Positions 1 through 10,272 of a DNA stretch of 64,000 nt are shown one piece after another. How positions within the stretch are numbered: the first letter of the stretch is position 1; each line of letters starts with the position of its first letter. The DNA is from Candidatus Aenigmatarchaeota archaeon (GTDB lineage Archaea > Aenigmatarchaeota > Aenigmatarchaeia > JACPZZ01), in the NCBI GenBank assembly GCA_043801595.1, contig JAZDLW010000021.1, positions 1 through 64,000 on the forward strand, given 5' to 3'. The notes below the pieces were generated by a model. The model was not told the origin of the DNA, searched no databases, and saw only the letters and a list, made by a program, of their open reading frames with translations. A program made the translations under genes and the position numbers.

Positions 1-60
1 TTCAGCAGAATTCTCGCCGCCAAACGGGCTTGCGTGCACATGGAGATCGTACGCTCTCAT
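1..60 (-). CDS. rnp3: RNase P protein subunit Rpp30 (PHP-fold), 5' fragment; runs off the window
   Basis: Manual translation MRAYDLHVHASPFGGENSAE; D-L-H-V-H start typical of Rpp30/PHP; follows rpl15e as in the conserved archaeal gene order. Confidence 0.65.
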   Translation of the reverse strand, partial: MRAYDLHVHASPFGGENSAE

Positions 61-173
61 AACCAACTTGTTTTATTGTTATCGAAAAGTCAATAAATAA
101 GGCGAATGATCGCTTCTTTTGACCTTAAAATAGCCGAAAACGTTTTTTATCCGGAATAGAAGCTTATTAGCGC

Positions 174-674
174 TTATAACTTCCTTCTGTCCGTCTTATG
201 AGCTGCAGCGGTCAAACCGCGCTCTGCCCTTCCTCGTTGAGAGGCTACCCTGTTAAGGTTTTTGTCTGCCATTATCGACGGGTTGTGCGGGTCGACAAGT
301 ATGATCTCGAACCACTCGTGTTTTCCGTCCCGCGCCAAGAAATACGAATTCAATACCTCCATGTTCGGGTAGGATTTCGACGCTTTCTCCTCAGCTATCC
401 ATCTTGCGCTTTTTCGCGGATTGAAAAACCTTCCGGATTTGCTTGGGCTTCGCCCCATGCGCGGCTTCACGCGCTTGCTACCGCCTCTCTTGATCCTTAC
501 GCGTGCTATGACAAAACCGCTTTTTGCCTTGTATCCGAGCATCCTCGCTTTGTCGAGCCTTGTCGGCCTTTCGACGCCGACAACGGTTTCGCCCTTTCTC
601 CAGTCCACCATCCTCTCTTTCATGAGTTCGGGGTTATTCCTGCAAGCAAGGCGGATGTTTTTATAAAATCCCAT
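174..674 (-). CDS. rpl15e: 50S ribosomal protein L15e
   Basis: ERPTRLDKARMLGYKAK, YPNMEVLNSY, WFEIILVDP motifs. Confidence 0.97.
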   Translation of the reverse strand: MGFYKNIRLACRNNPELMKERMVDWRKGETVVGVERPTRLDKARMLGYKAKSGFVIARVRIKRGGSKRVKPRMGRSPSKSGRFFNPRKSARWIAEEKASKSYPNMEVLNSYFLARDGKHEWFEIILVDPHNPSIMADKNLNRVASQRGRAERGLTAAAHKTDRRKL

Positions 675-796
675 TCTTATCAGTCATTCTTTTTTAGTCG
701 TCGACTTTTATAAGCTTGATAGTGAGCCGAAAATCTTTTTCAGGACAGGTTGGACGGCAGCAGAATTTTAAATAAGCGGATTCTTAATTAATTATC

Positions 797-1078
797 ATGA
801 TATCTCATAAGACCCTGTTTGGCGCGTTGCTTGTTGCAATAGGAATCGTTGCAATCAGCGGAAATATCCTTAATAATTATATCTCGGTGCCGCCCGCAGA
901 CATATGGCTTCCCGCACTGATAATCGTGATTGCGGGCACGCTGCCTGCGTTGCTGATTATTGTCGGTTCTTTGCTAATCTGGGGCGAAATGGAAGAGAAA
1001 AAGGTTGAAAAAGACTTTGTAAAAATCGAAAAGAATCTGGAAAGAAAAATTTCTGTCAGAAAGAAGCGCAAAAAATAA
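797..1078 (+). CDS. Small membrane protein, 2 TM segments and basic tail
   Basis: ATG-started 93-aa ORF with two hydrophobic segments. Confidence 0.65.
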   Translation: MISHKTLFGALLVAIGIVAISGNILNNYISVPPADIWLPALIIVIAGTLPALLIIVGSLLIWGEMEEKKVEKDFVKIEKNLERKISVRKKRKK

Positions 1079-1223
1079 TCGTCAGGCGCACAGAATGATA
1101 ACCGCCAATTTTTGGAATCATTGGTTTCAAAAGTAATCCTTTTTAAATTACACACACGACTTGATTTATTGAAACTTAATCGGACATCAGGTGCTCTTAT
1201 TAAATTACATGTCCAATTAAGTT

Positions 1224-1496
1224 TGCAGAGAATAGGCCGGGGAGCTAAGGGTTCCTTGTAACCGCAAATCCCTTTCAGGTGGGGCCGAAGCCGGAAGAAG
1301 GTATTCGCTATAACGCAAACCCTGTGATTCGACTGCGAAGTCCTGTCCCGCAGGGTCGTTCGGGCGGCGAAATTGGTCAGACGCGGAAGCGAGCAGCCAT
1401 AAACCGAACGTGCGGCGCTTGGGGGGTAACGGGATGGAGAAGAATCGCAGGATAATTTGCGGCGTGGTGCTTATCGACTGAAGGCGCTTCTCTGCA
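1224..1496 (+). ncRNA. ffs: Archaeal signal recognition particle (7S) RNA
   Basis: Terminal helix TGCAGAGAA (1224-1232) / TTCTCTGCA (1488-1496); Alu-like 5' part TAGGCCGGGGAG...TGTAACC...GGGGCCGAAGCC; helix-8 motif GGTCAG-ACGCGGAAGCG-AGCAGCC; GC-rich intergenic block. Confidence 0.88.
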
Positions 1497-1525
1497 CTAA
1501 TCTTAAAAATAATAACCGGATTATT

Positions 1526-2248
1526 ATGAAAGCATCCCGTGCTGTGTTTGTTATTATCGGGGTTGTCTTATTCATACTTCTATCAAACACCGCAAACATT
1601 CGGGAAGATTCCAGCATAAAAATAAACGCAACCGGAAACGGGAGCTTTGCGACAATGCTGCTGCCGGCCGTTGACGACAAAGGAAACGGGCTGGTTACAA
1701 ATCTGACAGTAGAGGTTAACCGCGGCGAAGGCCGATCGCTTGTCGATATCCGATCGCTTTTGTTTTGGGTCGATACCCAAAATTCCATAAGAATTGCCGG
1801 CAATGTCGCGGCAAAATACACTGACGTGAAACTGGATAATTATGACATCGTTTACACAATAGCGACGAACGCGTCTGTTGTGGAAGGACCTTCGGCGGGC
1901 GCGGCGCTCACCATAGCAACGATCGCAGCTTTGAAAAATAAAAAACTGAGACCGGACGTGATGATAACCGGCACAATAAACCCTGACGGTTCGATTGGGG
2001 AGATCGGCGACGTTTTTTCAAAGGCTCAGGCGGCAAAAGCTGTCAATGCGACGACTCTTCTCGTTCCAATAGGACAGTCGGTCGAAATAAAAACCGGGTA
2101 TGAAAAAACCTGCAAAAATTATTTCGTGTCGAAAGTCTGCGCCTCGACTTGGCAGACGAACAGCCTGAATATCTCCGAGCTTGTAGGAATAAACGTGATC
2201 GAAGTCGGCAACATTAACGACGCGCTTTCCTATCTGGTGGTCGAATGA
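1526..2248 (+). CDS. Membrane-anchored Lon-like (S16) serine protease
   Basis: EGPSAGAALTIA catalytic Ser motif; MITGTINPDGSIGEIG..K; N-terminal TM; ATG at 1526 chosen because the longer ORF overlaps the SRP RNA. Confidence 0.88.
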   Translation: MKASRAVFVIIGVVLFILLSNTANIREDSSIKINATGNGSFATMLLPAVDDKGNGLVTNLTVEVNRGEGRSLVDIRSLLFWVDTQNSIRIAGNVAAKYTDVKLDNYDIVYTIATNASVVEGPSAGAALTIATIAALKNKKLRPDVMITGTINPDGSIGEIGDVFSKAQAAKAVNATTLLVPIGQSVEIKTGYEKTCKNYFVSKVCASTWQTNSLNISELVGINVIEVGNINDALSYLVVE

Positions 2249-2826
2249 AATTAAAAACCGAAGAAATAAAAGACATCGCGATCTCATCAGCCGCGCTGAC
2301 TTTCATATTCAGTTATCCGTATTTTTTGCAAGACCCGTTAGTGCTCGCAGTTTACGCGGTCGCGATAGTAACGGGCTTTGTATTTCACGAGCTTGCGCAC
2401 AGGGCTGCTGCGAATAAATTCGGCGCGTATGCCGCGTTCAGGCTGTGGCCGCAAGGGCTTTATCTGGCAATAATACTCGCGGTAATTACAAACGGGAATT
2501 TCATCTTCGCAGCGCCGGGGGCTGTTGTAATAAGCAACTTGCGATTCGGCCGTTTCGGAGTTTCGCCGCTCGGAAGGCGCGAGATGGGAATAATCAGCGC
2601 AGCCGGGCCGGTTACAAACGTCCTGCTCGCTGCAATTTTCGCAGCACTGCATGCGTTTTCAGGTTTTGATTTGTTCCTTTACGCTGCTTCGGTGAACATA
2701 ACACTTGCACTGTTTAACATGATTCCGATACCTCCATTGGACGGATCTAAGATCCTGAATTGGGACCTGAAAGTCTGGAGCGCGACTGCTGCAATAATCC
2801 TGATGTTCAGAGTATTCGTGGTTTGA
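2245..2826 (+). CDS. Site-2 protease (M50) family metalloprotease
   Basis: HELAH, AGPVTN, FNMIPIPPLDG motifs. Confidence 0.92.
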   Translation: MKLKTEEIKDIAISSAALTFIFSYPYFLQDPLVLAVYAVAIVTGFVFHELAHRAAANKFGAYAAFRLWPQGLYLAIILAVITNGNFIFAAPGAVVISNLRFGRFGVSPLGRREMGIISAAGPVTNVLLAAIFAALHAFSGFDLFLYAASVNITLALFNMIPIPPLDGSKILNWDLKVWSATAAIILMFRVFVV

Positions 2827-3599
2827 TGGTAAAAAAACGCTTTTGGAAAAACGTCTTGGGCACCGAGAGTAATAATCATATTTCGTACCCAAGGCGTTTT
2901 TGGGAAATAGATTCGATACGCGGCATTGCGATAATATCAATGATAATTTTTCATTTCGCGTTCGACCTGAACTATTTCACCGGCAACCTGGCCTTCGGGC
3001 AACTATTCTGGTATGTTTTTCCGCGCGCTATAGCATCGATTTTCATAATAATCGCCGGAATATCGCTTTCTTTATCCAGAAACAAACCTGAATGGACGGG
3101 AAAAAAACTGATAATCCGAGGCGCAATGATATTCTCGTTCGGCCTGCTGATCACGCTGATAACAGCATTAACGCTTCCGCGAGGAACGATATTTTTCGGA
3201 ATACTTCACTTTATCGGGCTATCTACGATAATTTCACTGCCATTTTTGAAAATGCGGGGCAAAAACCTGATTTTTGGGATCTTATCGATTATGATCGGAA
3301 TTTATTTACAAGGCGTTGTCGCAGCCTCGCCGTGGTTGCTCTGGCTCGGCATAATGCCGCAAAATTTCTACACATTTGACTATTTTCCGCTGTTTCCGTG
3401 GTTCGGACTCATCCTGATCGGGATATGGATGGGAAACACGCTTTACCCGAACTCTGAAAGAGGTTTCGCAATAAAGGACCTGTCGCGCAACTTTACAATA
3501 AAACGTCTAGTTTTCATCGGGAGAAACTCGCTCATGATTTATCTGATCCATCAACCACTGATAATACTGCTGCTTTTGCTGCTCGGCGTTGCGGTTTAA
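2826..3599 (+). CDS. DUF1624 / HGSNAT-like membrane acyltransferase
   Basis: RFWEIDSIRGIAIISMIIFH, FGILHFIG, DYFPLFPW, GRNSLMIYLIHQP. Confidence 0.88.
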   Translation: MVKKRFWKNVLGTESNNHISYPRRFWEIDSIRGIAIISMIIFHFAFDLNYFTGNLAFGQLFWYVFPRAIASIFIIIAGISLSLSRNKPEWTGKKLIIRGAMIFSFGLLITLITALTLPRGTIFFGILHFIGLSTIISLPFLKMRGKNLIFGILSIMIGIYLQGVVAASPWLLWLGIMPQNFYTFDYFPLFPWFGLILIGIWMGNTLYPNSERGFAIKDLSRNFTIKRLVFIGRNSLMIYLIHQPLIILLLLLLGVAV

Positions 3600-3603
3600 A
3601 AAA

Positions 3604-3861
3604 TCAGATGTCTACGCTCACAAAACCGTACTTTACCGTGACTTTTTTGCCCGCTTTCAGTATTCTGGACTTCAGTTTTTTGAGGTTTTTCGCAACAAGA
3701 TAGCCTTTTACGGCCAATTTAGCAGCAACTACCGGATTTTTTATTTCGACCAGTATCCTGTCCTTTTCCAGCGTAACTTCGGCTGCTTCCTTTCCTTTGA
3801 CCGATATTCCGAAACCTATGTTTTCTACCAATTTGTCCTCCAAAATTCTGGTTAACTTCAC
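3604..3861 (-). CDS. Hypothetical protein
   Basis: 85-aa Lys-rich ORF filling the gap, codirectional with the upstream small ORF. Confidence 0.6.
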   Translation of the reverse strand: MKLTRILEDKLVENIGFGISVKGKEAAEVTLEKDRILVEIKNPVVAAKLAVKGYLVAKNLKKLKSRILKAGKKVTVKYGFVSVDI

Positions 3862-3891
3862 GTTTCAAAGCCCCAAAACGACTTTTTGAGT

Positions 3892-4113
3892 TCATTTCCC
3901 TTTCTTTGGAAGAACCACGGTTACGTCAATTTTTCCGCTAAGCTTCAGCTTTGTGCTTCCCAGCTTAATCGTAACACCGTTTAAATCGAACGTTGCTTTG
4001 GTCTCCCTGTCCAAAAACGATTCCAAAACCTCCGCAGCGAGCTTTTTTTCAGCATCAACAACGTCATTTAACATTTTTTTAGACCCTTTGCCGAACAATT
4101 TCACACATTTCAC
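3892..4113 (-). CDS. Hypothetical protein
   Basis: ORF of up to 73 aa; start uncertain (ATG at 4074 possible). Confidence 0.6.
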   Translation of the reverse strand: MKCVKLFGKGSKKMLNDVVDAEKKLAAEVLESFLDRETKATFDLNGVTIKLGSTKLKLSGKIDVTVVLPKKGK

Positions 4114-4288
4114 CCCCGAATAATTTTTAATTCAGTGCAATTTACAAATAATTCAAATTCCAGTCTAATAAACTTTCTCGGCAAGAAAATTTACCGAAAA
4201 TTATTGCAAACGTTTGAAAAAACCAAAATTGAAAAAATATTGCAATACATAACTTTAAATTCATTGTAAATAAAAATAATTGTTAGAA

Positions 4289-4714
4289 ATGGAGAAAAAA
4301 ATTTTAACCGGTCTGAACACAAAAACCAGCAATTCATCGGTCTTGACAGAAGGAAAGAAGGTAAAAGCTGTCGGCGCACACTTGATTGCAGAGTTTACTG
4401 GTTGCGGTTTCGATGTGTTGAACAACGAAATAAAGATAAAAGAGGCCATGTTCAACGCGGCTGTCGCGGCTAAATTCACTATTTTGGATGTTTTGACAAA
4501 AAAATTCGACCCGCAAGGCGTTACGGCAGTACTTTTGCTGTCGGAGTCCCACTTTTCGGTTCACACATGGCCAGAGCTTGGCTATGCCGCTGTTGACATC
4601 TTCACCTGCAGCAAGACTTCCGACCCCTACGAAGCCTTTAAGGTATTGGTTACGTACCTTAAGCCTAAAAAATATACAACAAAGGAAATGGTAAGGGGTC
4701 CTAATGGCATTTAA
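4289..4714 (+). CDS. speD: S-adenosylmethionine decarboxylase proenzyme
   Basis: GAHLIAE, PQGVT, LSESHFSVHTWPE pyruvoyl cleavage motif, DIFTC; adjacent to speE. Confidence 0.93.
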   Translation: MEKKILTGLNTKTSNSSVLTEGKKVKAVGAHLIAEFTGCGFDVLNNEIKIKEAMFNAAVAAKFTILDVLTKKFDPQGVTAVLLLSESHFSVHTWPELGYAAVDIFTCSKTSDPYEAFKVLVTYLKPKKYTTKEMVRGPNGI

Positions 4715-5624
4715 GCTGGATAACTACGTTTCTGAAAGCCCTGTTTCCGACAAAATTGGTGCTTACGGACATTATCTGAAAGTAGACAAGATGCTCTTTG
4801 AAGGCAAGTCAAAATACCAGAAATTGCTGGTGATAAACAACAGTAAATTTGGAAACGTCCTTGTTCTGGACGGTTTTTTCCAGGTTTCGGAACTTGACGA
4901 GTATCTTTACCACGAACCGCTTGTGCAACCGGCAATGTTTTCGCATCCTAATCCGAAAAATGTGCTAATCATAGGCGGCGGGGACGGGGGCGTTTTAGAA
5001 GAAGTCCTAAAACACAATACTGTTGAAAAGGCCGTTATGGTTGAACTTGACAACGATGTTGTCGATGTTTCAAAAAAATATCTAAAATCCATCTGCAAGG
5101 ATGCGTTTTCGGACAGGCGGACAAGGTTAATCATCGACGATGGACGTAAATTCGTGGAGGAAACAAAGGAGAAGTTTGACGTTGTCATCATCGACTTGAC
5201 AGACCCGTTTGGCCCGTCAAAGATGCTTTACACAAAGGAGTTTTACACGGCAATCTCCAATGCGATGACAAAAGACGGCATTGTGGCGTTGCACACGGAA
5301 TCGCCCTTATTTACACCGAAAGTTTTCAACGTCATTGTAAAGACGCTGAAATCCGTTTTTAAGCACGTCAACGTGCATATGGGGTTCGTTAATACGTACG
5401 GGGTCGTTTGGTCTTTCGGCAATGCGTCGAATTCGATTGACATAACAAAGATCAAAGGATCCGACCTTGAAGCCAGGGAGGTTAAGCGCGGCGTAAAGGA
5501 CCTTAAATATTACGCGCCAAAAAACTACCCAAACATTTTCGAGCTCGCAAACAGCGTTAAGAGCATATTGGAAACTGAAGCCGAGATTTCCACTGATGAA
5601 AAACCGCTGGAAATAAAATTTTAA
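4704..5624 (+). CDS. speE: Polyamine aminopropyltransferase (spermidine synthase)
   Basis: SKYQ, LVLDG, YHEPLV, VLIIGGGDGG, DVVIIDLTDP. Confidence 0.95.
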   Translation: MAFKLDNYVSESPVSDKIGAYGHYLKVDKMLFEGKSKYQKLLVINNSKFGNVLVLDGFFQVSELDEYLYHEPLVQPAMFSHPNPKNVLIIGGGDGGVLEEVLKHNTVEKAVMVELDNDVVDVSKKYLKSICKDAFSDRRTRLIIDDGRKFVEETKEKFDVVIIDLTDPFGPSKMLYTKEFYTAISNAMTKDGIVALHTESPLFTPKVFNVIVKTLKSVFKHVNVHMGFVNTYGVVWSFGNASNSIDITKIKGSDLEAREVKRGVKDLKYYAPKNYPNIFELANSVKSILETEAEISTDEKPLEIKF

Positions 5625-5626
5625 CG

Positions 5627-7246
5627 CTATTTCTTTTCAAGACATGCGCGTATGAATCCGGAAAACAGCGGGTTCGGAGACAAAAACCTTGAAGTGAATT
5701 CGGGATGGAACTGCGTGCCGAGGAAGAATTTCAATGAAGGCAGTTCGCCGATCTGTTTTATCCTGTTGTCAGGTGTCGAACCGGACATGACAAAACCTTT
5801 CTTTTCCAACGCCTCAACATATTGGGGAGAAATTTCGTAACGGTGGCGAAAACGCTCAACAACATTATCCTTTCCGTAAAGCCTGCCTGCAAGCGTGTTT
5901 GGCTTTATCGAAACTTTCTGTCCGCCCAGACGCATGGTTGCGCCGTAATTCCTGCCCTCGATTATCTTCCTCTGCTCGGGTAGTATGTCTATAACCGGAT
6001 ATTTTGTGTCCGGATCGATCTCTGTGCTATTGGCTCCTTCGAAATTGCACACGTTTCTCGCGAACTCTATGACCGCAAGCTGCAAACCATAGCATAAACC
6101 GAAGAACGGTATGTTGTTCTCGCGCGCGTATTTTATCGCCGCGATTTTGCCTTCGGTACCGGTGCTACCAAAGCCTCCGGGCACTATGATACCGTCGACG
6201 TCGGCTAACGCGCTGAGCTTTTCGGGATTTTTTTCAAATTCCTTTGAATCCATCCAGATTATTTCCGGGGTCACGCCCTGCCACGCAGAAGCGTGTTTAA
6301 CAGCCTCTATTACGGAAATGTAAGAATCCGCCAGCTTGAACGAGCCTATATCGAAATATTTGCCGACTATTCCGATCCTGACCTTTTTATCAGCCTTTTT
6401 CATTTTTTCGACAACGCCCCTCCATTTGGTCATATCGGAACCCAAAGGCTTCATTGAAAGCTTTTCAAGAACTTTTTCAGCAAATTTCTGCTGTTCGAAA
6501 AGCAACGGCAATTCGTATATACTTTCCAGATCAGGGTTTTCTATTATGTCCTGTTCCTTTACGTTGCAGAACATCGCTATCTTATCCTTTCTTACGCCGT
6601 CTAACGGCGATTCGGAACGGCACACTATGAAATCCGGAATAATGCCGACCTGCATCAACGCCCTTACGGAATGCTGCAAAGGCTTCGACTTCATCTCGCC
6701 TATGTGATGCAGCACAGGAAGATAACCAACATGGATGAATATCGTCTTCTCGCCGTCCAGCTTCAGCAATCGCGCCGCCTCTAGGAAAAGTATGTTCTGG
6801 TAGTCGCCGACAACGCCGCCTATTTCGATGAACACGAAATCCGCTTTTGTCTTGCTGGCAACGCTTTTTATTCTCCTGTTTATCTCGTTCGGTATGTGCG
6901 GTATGACTTCTACGGTCTTGCCCAAAAATTCGCCGCGCCTCTCTTTTTCAATAACCTCACGGTAAACCTGACCTGTCGTAATGTTGTGCTCTTTTCCCAG
7001 CGTGACATCGAGAAAACGCTCATAATGACCGAGGTCCTGGTCTATTTCGCCGCCGTCCTCGGTTACCCAGACTTCGCCGTGTTCCGTAGGACGCAGGGTT
7101 CCGGCATCAACGTTTATGTAAGGGTCGATCTTTATCGCCGTTACGTTGAATCCCTTTGATTTAAGAGTGCAGCCAAGCGAGGCTGTTGTTATTCCCTTAC
7201 CAAGCCCGCTTACAACCCCGCCTGTTACAAAAATATAATTTGTCAT
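5627..7246 (-). CDS. pyrG: CTP synthase
   Basis: GGVVSGLGKG, KIDPYINVDAGT, GLCYGLQ, RHRYE, QFHPEF. Confidence 0.98.
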   Translation of the reverse strand: MTNYIFVTGGVVSGLGKGITTASLGCTLKSKGFNVTAIKIDPYINVDAGTLRPTEHGEVWVTEDGGEIDQDLGHYERFLDVTLGKEHNITTGQVYREVIEKERRGEFLGKTVEVIPHIPNEINRRIKSVASKTKADFVFIEIGGVVGDYQNILFLEAARLLKLDGEKTIFIHVGYLPVLHHIGEMKSKPLQHSVRALMQVGIIPDFIVCRSESPLDGVRKDKIAMFCNVKEQDIIENPDLESIYELPLLFEQQKFAEKVLEKLSMKPLGSDMTKWRGVVEKMKKADKKVRIGIVGKYFDIGSFKLADSYISVIEAVKHASAWQGVTPEIIWMDSKEFEKNPEKLSALADVDGIIVPGGFGSTGTEGKIAAIKYARENNIPFFGLCYGLQLAVIEFARNVCNFEGANSTEIDPDTKYPVIDILPEQRKIIEGRNYGATMRLGGQKVSIKPNTLAGRLYGKDNVVERFRHRYEISPQYVEALEKKGFVMSGSTPDNRIKQIGELPSLKFFLGTQFHPEFTSRFLSPNPLFSGFIRACLEKK

Positions 7247-7394
7247 TTAGACCGTCAAACCTTCCAGCTAGGAGAACTTACATAAGCTTAAATAAATTCG
7301 GCTTTCATATAACTCTTTTATAGCCCGTTTTTCCGCCTGTATTTAAAATCGGCAAAAATGATTTATTACGGCACACGTTTAATCTTTAATTAAG

Positions 7395-8666
7395 ATGTAT
7401 GAAATAACAGTCGGGCGAGGCACGGAAGACGCAAAGAAATACGGTACAATGGGAACAGCCTACATAGGAAAGCACGTTGTCGGAGTTGGCGAAGATGCGC
7501 ACACGACAAGCAAGATACTTCTTGATTTAGTCCGCCCGCACGTAATGCTGATCTGCGGCAAACGCGGCAGCGGAAAAAGTTATTCGGCGGGGGTCATAGC
7601 AGAAGAAATGGCCGCGCTACCCGAGGAATTAAGAAAAAATCTTGCAATGATCATTGTCGATCCCATGGGCATATACTGGTCGATGAAAAATCCGAACGAG
7701 AAAGATGCTGATCTGTTGAGGAAATGGGAGCTGAAGCCGAAAGGCATCGACATCACACTTTTCATCCCAAGCGGCAAGGCTGCGGATTTCGACTCGGCGG
7801 GAATCTTATGGGACCAGACGATAACATTGCCAGTCGGGGAGGTCCTAACCGAGGACTGGGCAATAACATTCAACATAGACACGTTCAGCGAAACCGGAAT
7901 TCTGCTGGGAAGGGTTATCAACAGCCTGAAAAGCGAAAAAGGCGACAGCTACGACATAAAGGACATAACAGCGAGAATAGATTCTGATGGCCGCGCGGAG
8001 CAAAAATACAAGGATATGCTAAAAGGATTGTTCGAGACTGTCGATTCGTGGGGAATTTTCGGGAAAGAGAAAATGCTTCTCGAGGAAATGTTAAAACCCG
8101 GTGCGATATCGGTTGTGGATATCTCGCATTACGAAGGCTGGAAAATAAAAAATCTGTTCGTAAGCCTTGTAGCGAAAAAAATATACCAGGCAAGACTGAT
8201 TGCGCGCAAGGAGGAAGAAACCGAATCCATAACAGGAGAAGAGAAAAATAAAATTCCGATGGTTTGGCTCGCGCTTGATGAGGCGCACCAATTCCTTCCC
8301 AATGATGCGAAAACGACGTCTTCGGACGCGCTTCTTAACCTTGTAAAACTCGGACGGGAACCGGGAATATCAACGCTGTTTATTACGCAGCAGCCTTACA
8401 AACTCCATCCCGACGCGTTATCGCAGACTGATGTCGTTATCTCTCACAGGTTAACGTCGGAGCAGGATGTGAAGGCGTTGGAAACCGTTATGCAGACATA
8501 CCTGTTGGACAGCATACAAAAAAGCCTGGACGAGCTTCCGAAATGGAAAGGAACTGCCATTGTTCTGGACGACAATTCCGAAAAGCTCTATAGCATGGTT
8601 GTCCGCCCGCGAACGAGCTGGCACGCAGGCGGGAGCCCGGTAGCGATAAAGGAGCAAAAAACGTAA
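7395..8666 (+). CDS. HerA/FtsK-like ATPase (DUF87)
   Basis: Walker A GKRGSGKS, DPMG, Walker B LDEAHQ, GREPG, TQQP. Confidence 0.88.
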   Translation: MYEITVGRGTEDAKKYGTMGTAYIGKHVVGVGEDAHTTSKILLDLVRPHVMLICGKRGSGKSYSAGVIAEEMAALPEELRKNLAMIIVDPMGIYWSMKNPNEKDADLLRKWELKPKGIDITLFIPSGKAADFDSAGILWDQTITLPVGEVLTEDWAITFNIDTFSETGILLGRVINSLKSEKGDSYDIKDITARIDSDGRAEQKYKDMLKGLFETVDSWGIFGKEKMLLEEMLKPGAISVVDISHYEGWKIKNLFVSLVAKKIYQARLIARKEEETESITGEEKNKIPMVWLALDEAHQFLPNDAKTTSSDALLNLVKLGREPGISTLFITQQPYKLHPDALSQTDVVISHRLTSEQDVKALETVMQTYLLDSIQKSLDELPKWKGTAIVLDDNSEKLYSMVVRPRTSWHAGGSPVAIKEQKT

Positions 8667-8724
8667 CTGGAATCGCGCTTTGGAAAAGCACATTAATCAA
8701 CTAATCGAACTTATTTCGGCAACT

Positions 8725-10272
8725 ATGAATTACGTCGAGCATCCGCTGATCAAAAAGGGTACGATAGAATCCAGAGTTTATCAGGAGAAAATACTGGCGA
8801 CTGCTGTCAACAAGAATACGCTCGTCGTCCTTCCTACGGGCCTTGGAAAGACCGCGCTTGCAGCCATGGTCGTAGCGCACACCATGCAGAAATACCCTGA
8901 TAAAAGGATTCTGTTCTTGGCTCCGACCCGCCCGCTGGTTGCGCAACACAGGAATTCGTTTGTGAAGTTTTTCAACATCGACGGCAATGAGATAACCGCG
9001 ATAACGGGTTTCGTTGACCCGATTGACCGGGAATTCATGTACAGAAAAAAAATAATATTCGCAACGCCGCAGGTTGTAAAGAATGACGTTGAAAACGGAT
9101 TCATAGACCTTGAAAAATTTTCACTGCTTATATTTGACGAGGTACACAGAACGCGCGGAGCGTACGCTTACTCCACCATCGCAAAAATTTTTGCAAAAGA
9201 ATCACCGCAGGGACGCGTGCTCGCGTTAACGGCGTCGCCGGGATCGTCGCGCGATAAAATCGATAAAATGTGTTCGGACATCGGAATAGAAGCGGTCGAA
9301 ATACGCATTGATACGGACGAGGATGTTTCGCCGTATGTGAAGGAAAGGGAGGTTGAATGGGTTTTCGTTGACCTGCCAAAGGATTTTGAGGAGATAAGCG
9401 GACTGCTGAAAAATTATATCGATAAAAAATCCAAGAAGATCGAGTCATTTGTTCCGGGAACAATGACAAAGGGGCGGATGATCGAGCTGCAGAGAAAAAT
9501 GCAGGCGAAGATACGGCAGGGCGACAAATCCGCGTTCTTCGTAATTTCGACGATTGCGGAGCTGTTAAAGGTCGAACACGCATTGGAAATGATTGAAAGC
9601 CAGGGAATAAGCGCGCTGATGAATTATTTCAAGAAGATGAAATCCGACGCCGATGAAAATAAGTCACGCGCAGTAAAAAGAATTATGGCAGATGAAAACA
9701 TCAAGGCGTGTTTTGAAAAAGCCGACGCGCTGTTTAAGAGCGGCGACGAGCATCCCAAGTTCGCCAAGCTGGTCGGGATAGTGACGAACGTGTTTGCAAA
9801 TAACAAGGATGCAAAAATCATAGTCTTTTCAAATTACAGAAATACCGTGAACCAGATAGTGCAGAAACTCACGGGAATCAACGGATGCCGCCCAATTTCG
9901 TTTGTAGGGCAGGCGAAGAACGACACAAACAACGGAATTACGCAAAAGGAACAGATAGATAGGTTACAACTTTTCCGTGACGGATATTACAACTGCCTGA
10001 TCGGCACGTCGATCTCGGAGGAAGGCTTGGACATACCCGCAGTTGATGTTGCCGTATTCTACGAGCCGATTGCGTCGGAAATAAGATCCATACAAAGGCG
10101 CGGGCGGGTCGGCAGAAGCGTAAAAGGAAAGGTATTCGTTCTGATAACGAAAAAAACGCGCGACGAAGCTTATTACTGGTCGGCGCAACACAAGGAAAAG
10201 AACATGAGACGGATATTAACGAATATGCAACTAAGTCCGAAAAACAGGGGCCTTGAAAAATGGACAAAATGA
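8725..10272 (+). CDS. hef: Hef/FANCM-like SF2 helicase, stand-alone helicase part
   Basis: LPTGLGKT, LAPTRPLV, DEVH, LTASPG, EEGLDIP, IQRRGRVGR. Confidence 0.92.
   Translation: MNYVEHPLIKKGTIESRVYQEKILATAVNKNTLVVLPTGLGKTALAAMVVAHTMQKYPDKRILFLAPTRPLVAQHRNSFVKFFNIDGNEITAITGFVDPIDREFMYRKKIIFATPQVVKNDVENGFIDLEKFSLLIFDEVHRTRGAYAYSTIAKIFAKESPQGRVLALTASPGSSRDKIDKMCSDIGIEAVEIRIDTDEDVSPYVKEREVEWVFVDLPKDFEEISGLLKNYIDKKSKKIESFVPGTMTKGRMIELQRKMQAKIRQGDKSAFFVISTIAELLKVEHALEMIESQGISALMNYFKKMKSDADENKSRAVKRIMADENIKACFEKADALFKSGDEHPKFAKLVGIVTNVFANNKDAKIIVFSNYRNTVNQIVQKLTGINGCRPISFVGQAKNDTNNGITQKEQIDRLQLFRDGYYNCLIGTSISEEGLDIPAVDVAVFYEPIASEIRSIQRRGRVGRSVKGKVFVLITKKTRDEAYYWSAQHKEKNMRRILTNMQLSPKNRGLEKWTK

Noticed and set aside
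1457..1525. N-terminal extension of the Lon-like ORF from TTG 1457
   Set aside because: Overlaps the SRP RNA 3' end; ATG 1526 gives a normal TM-anchored start.
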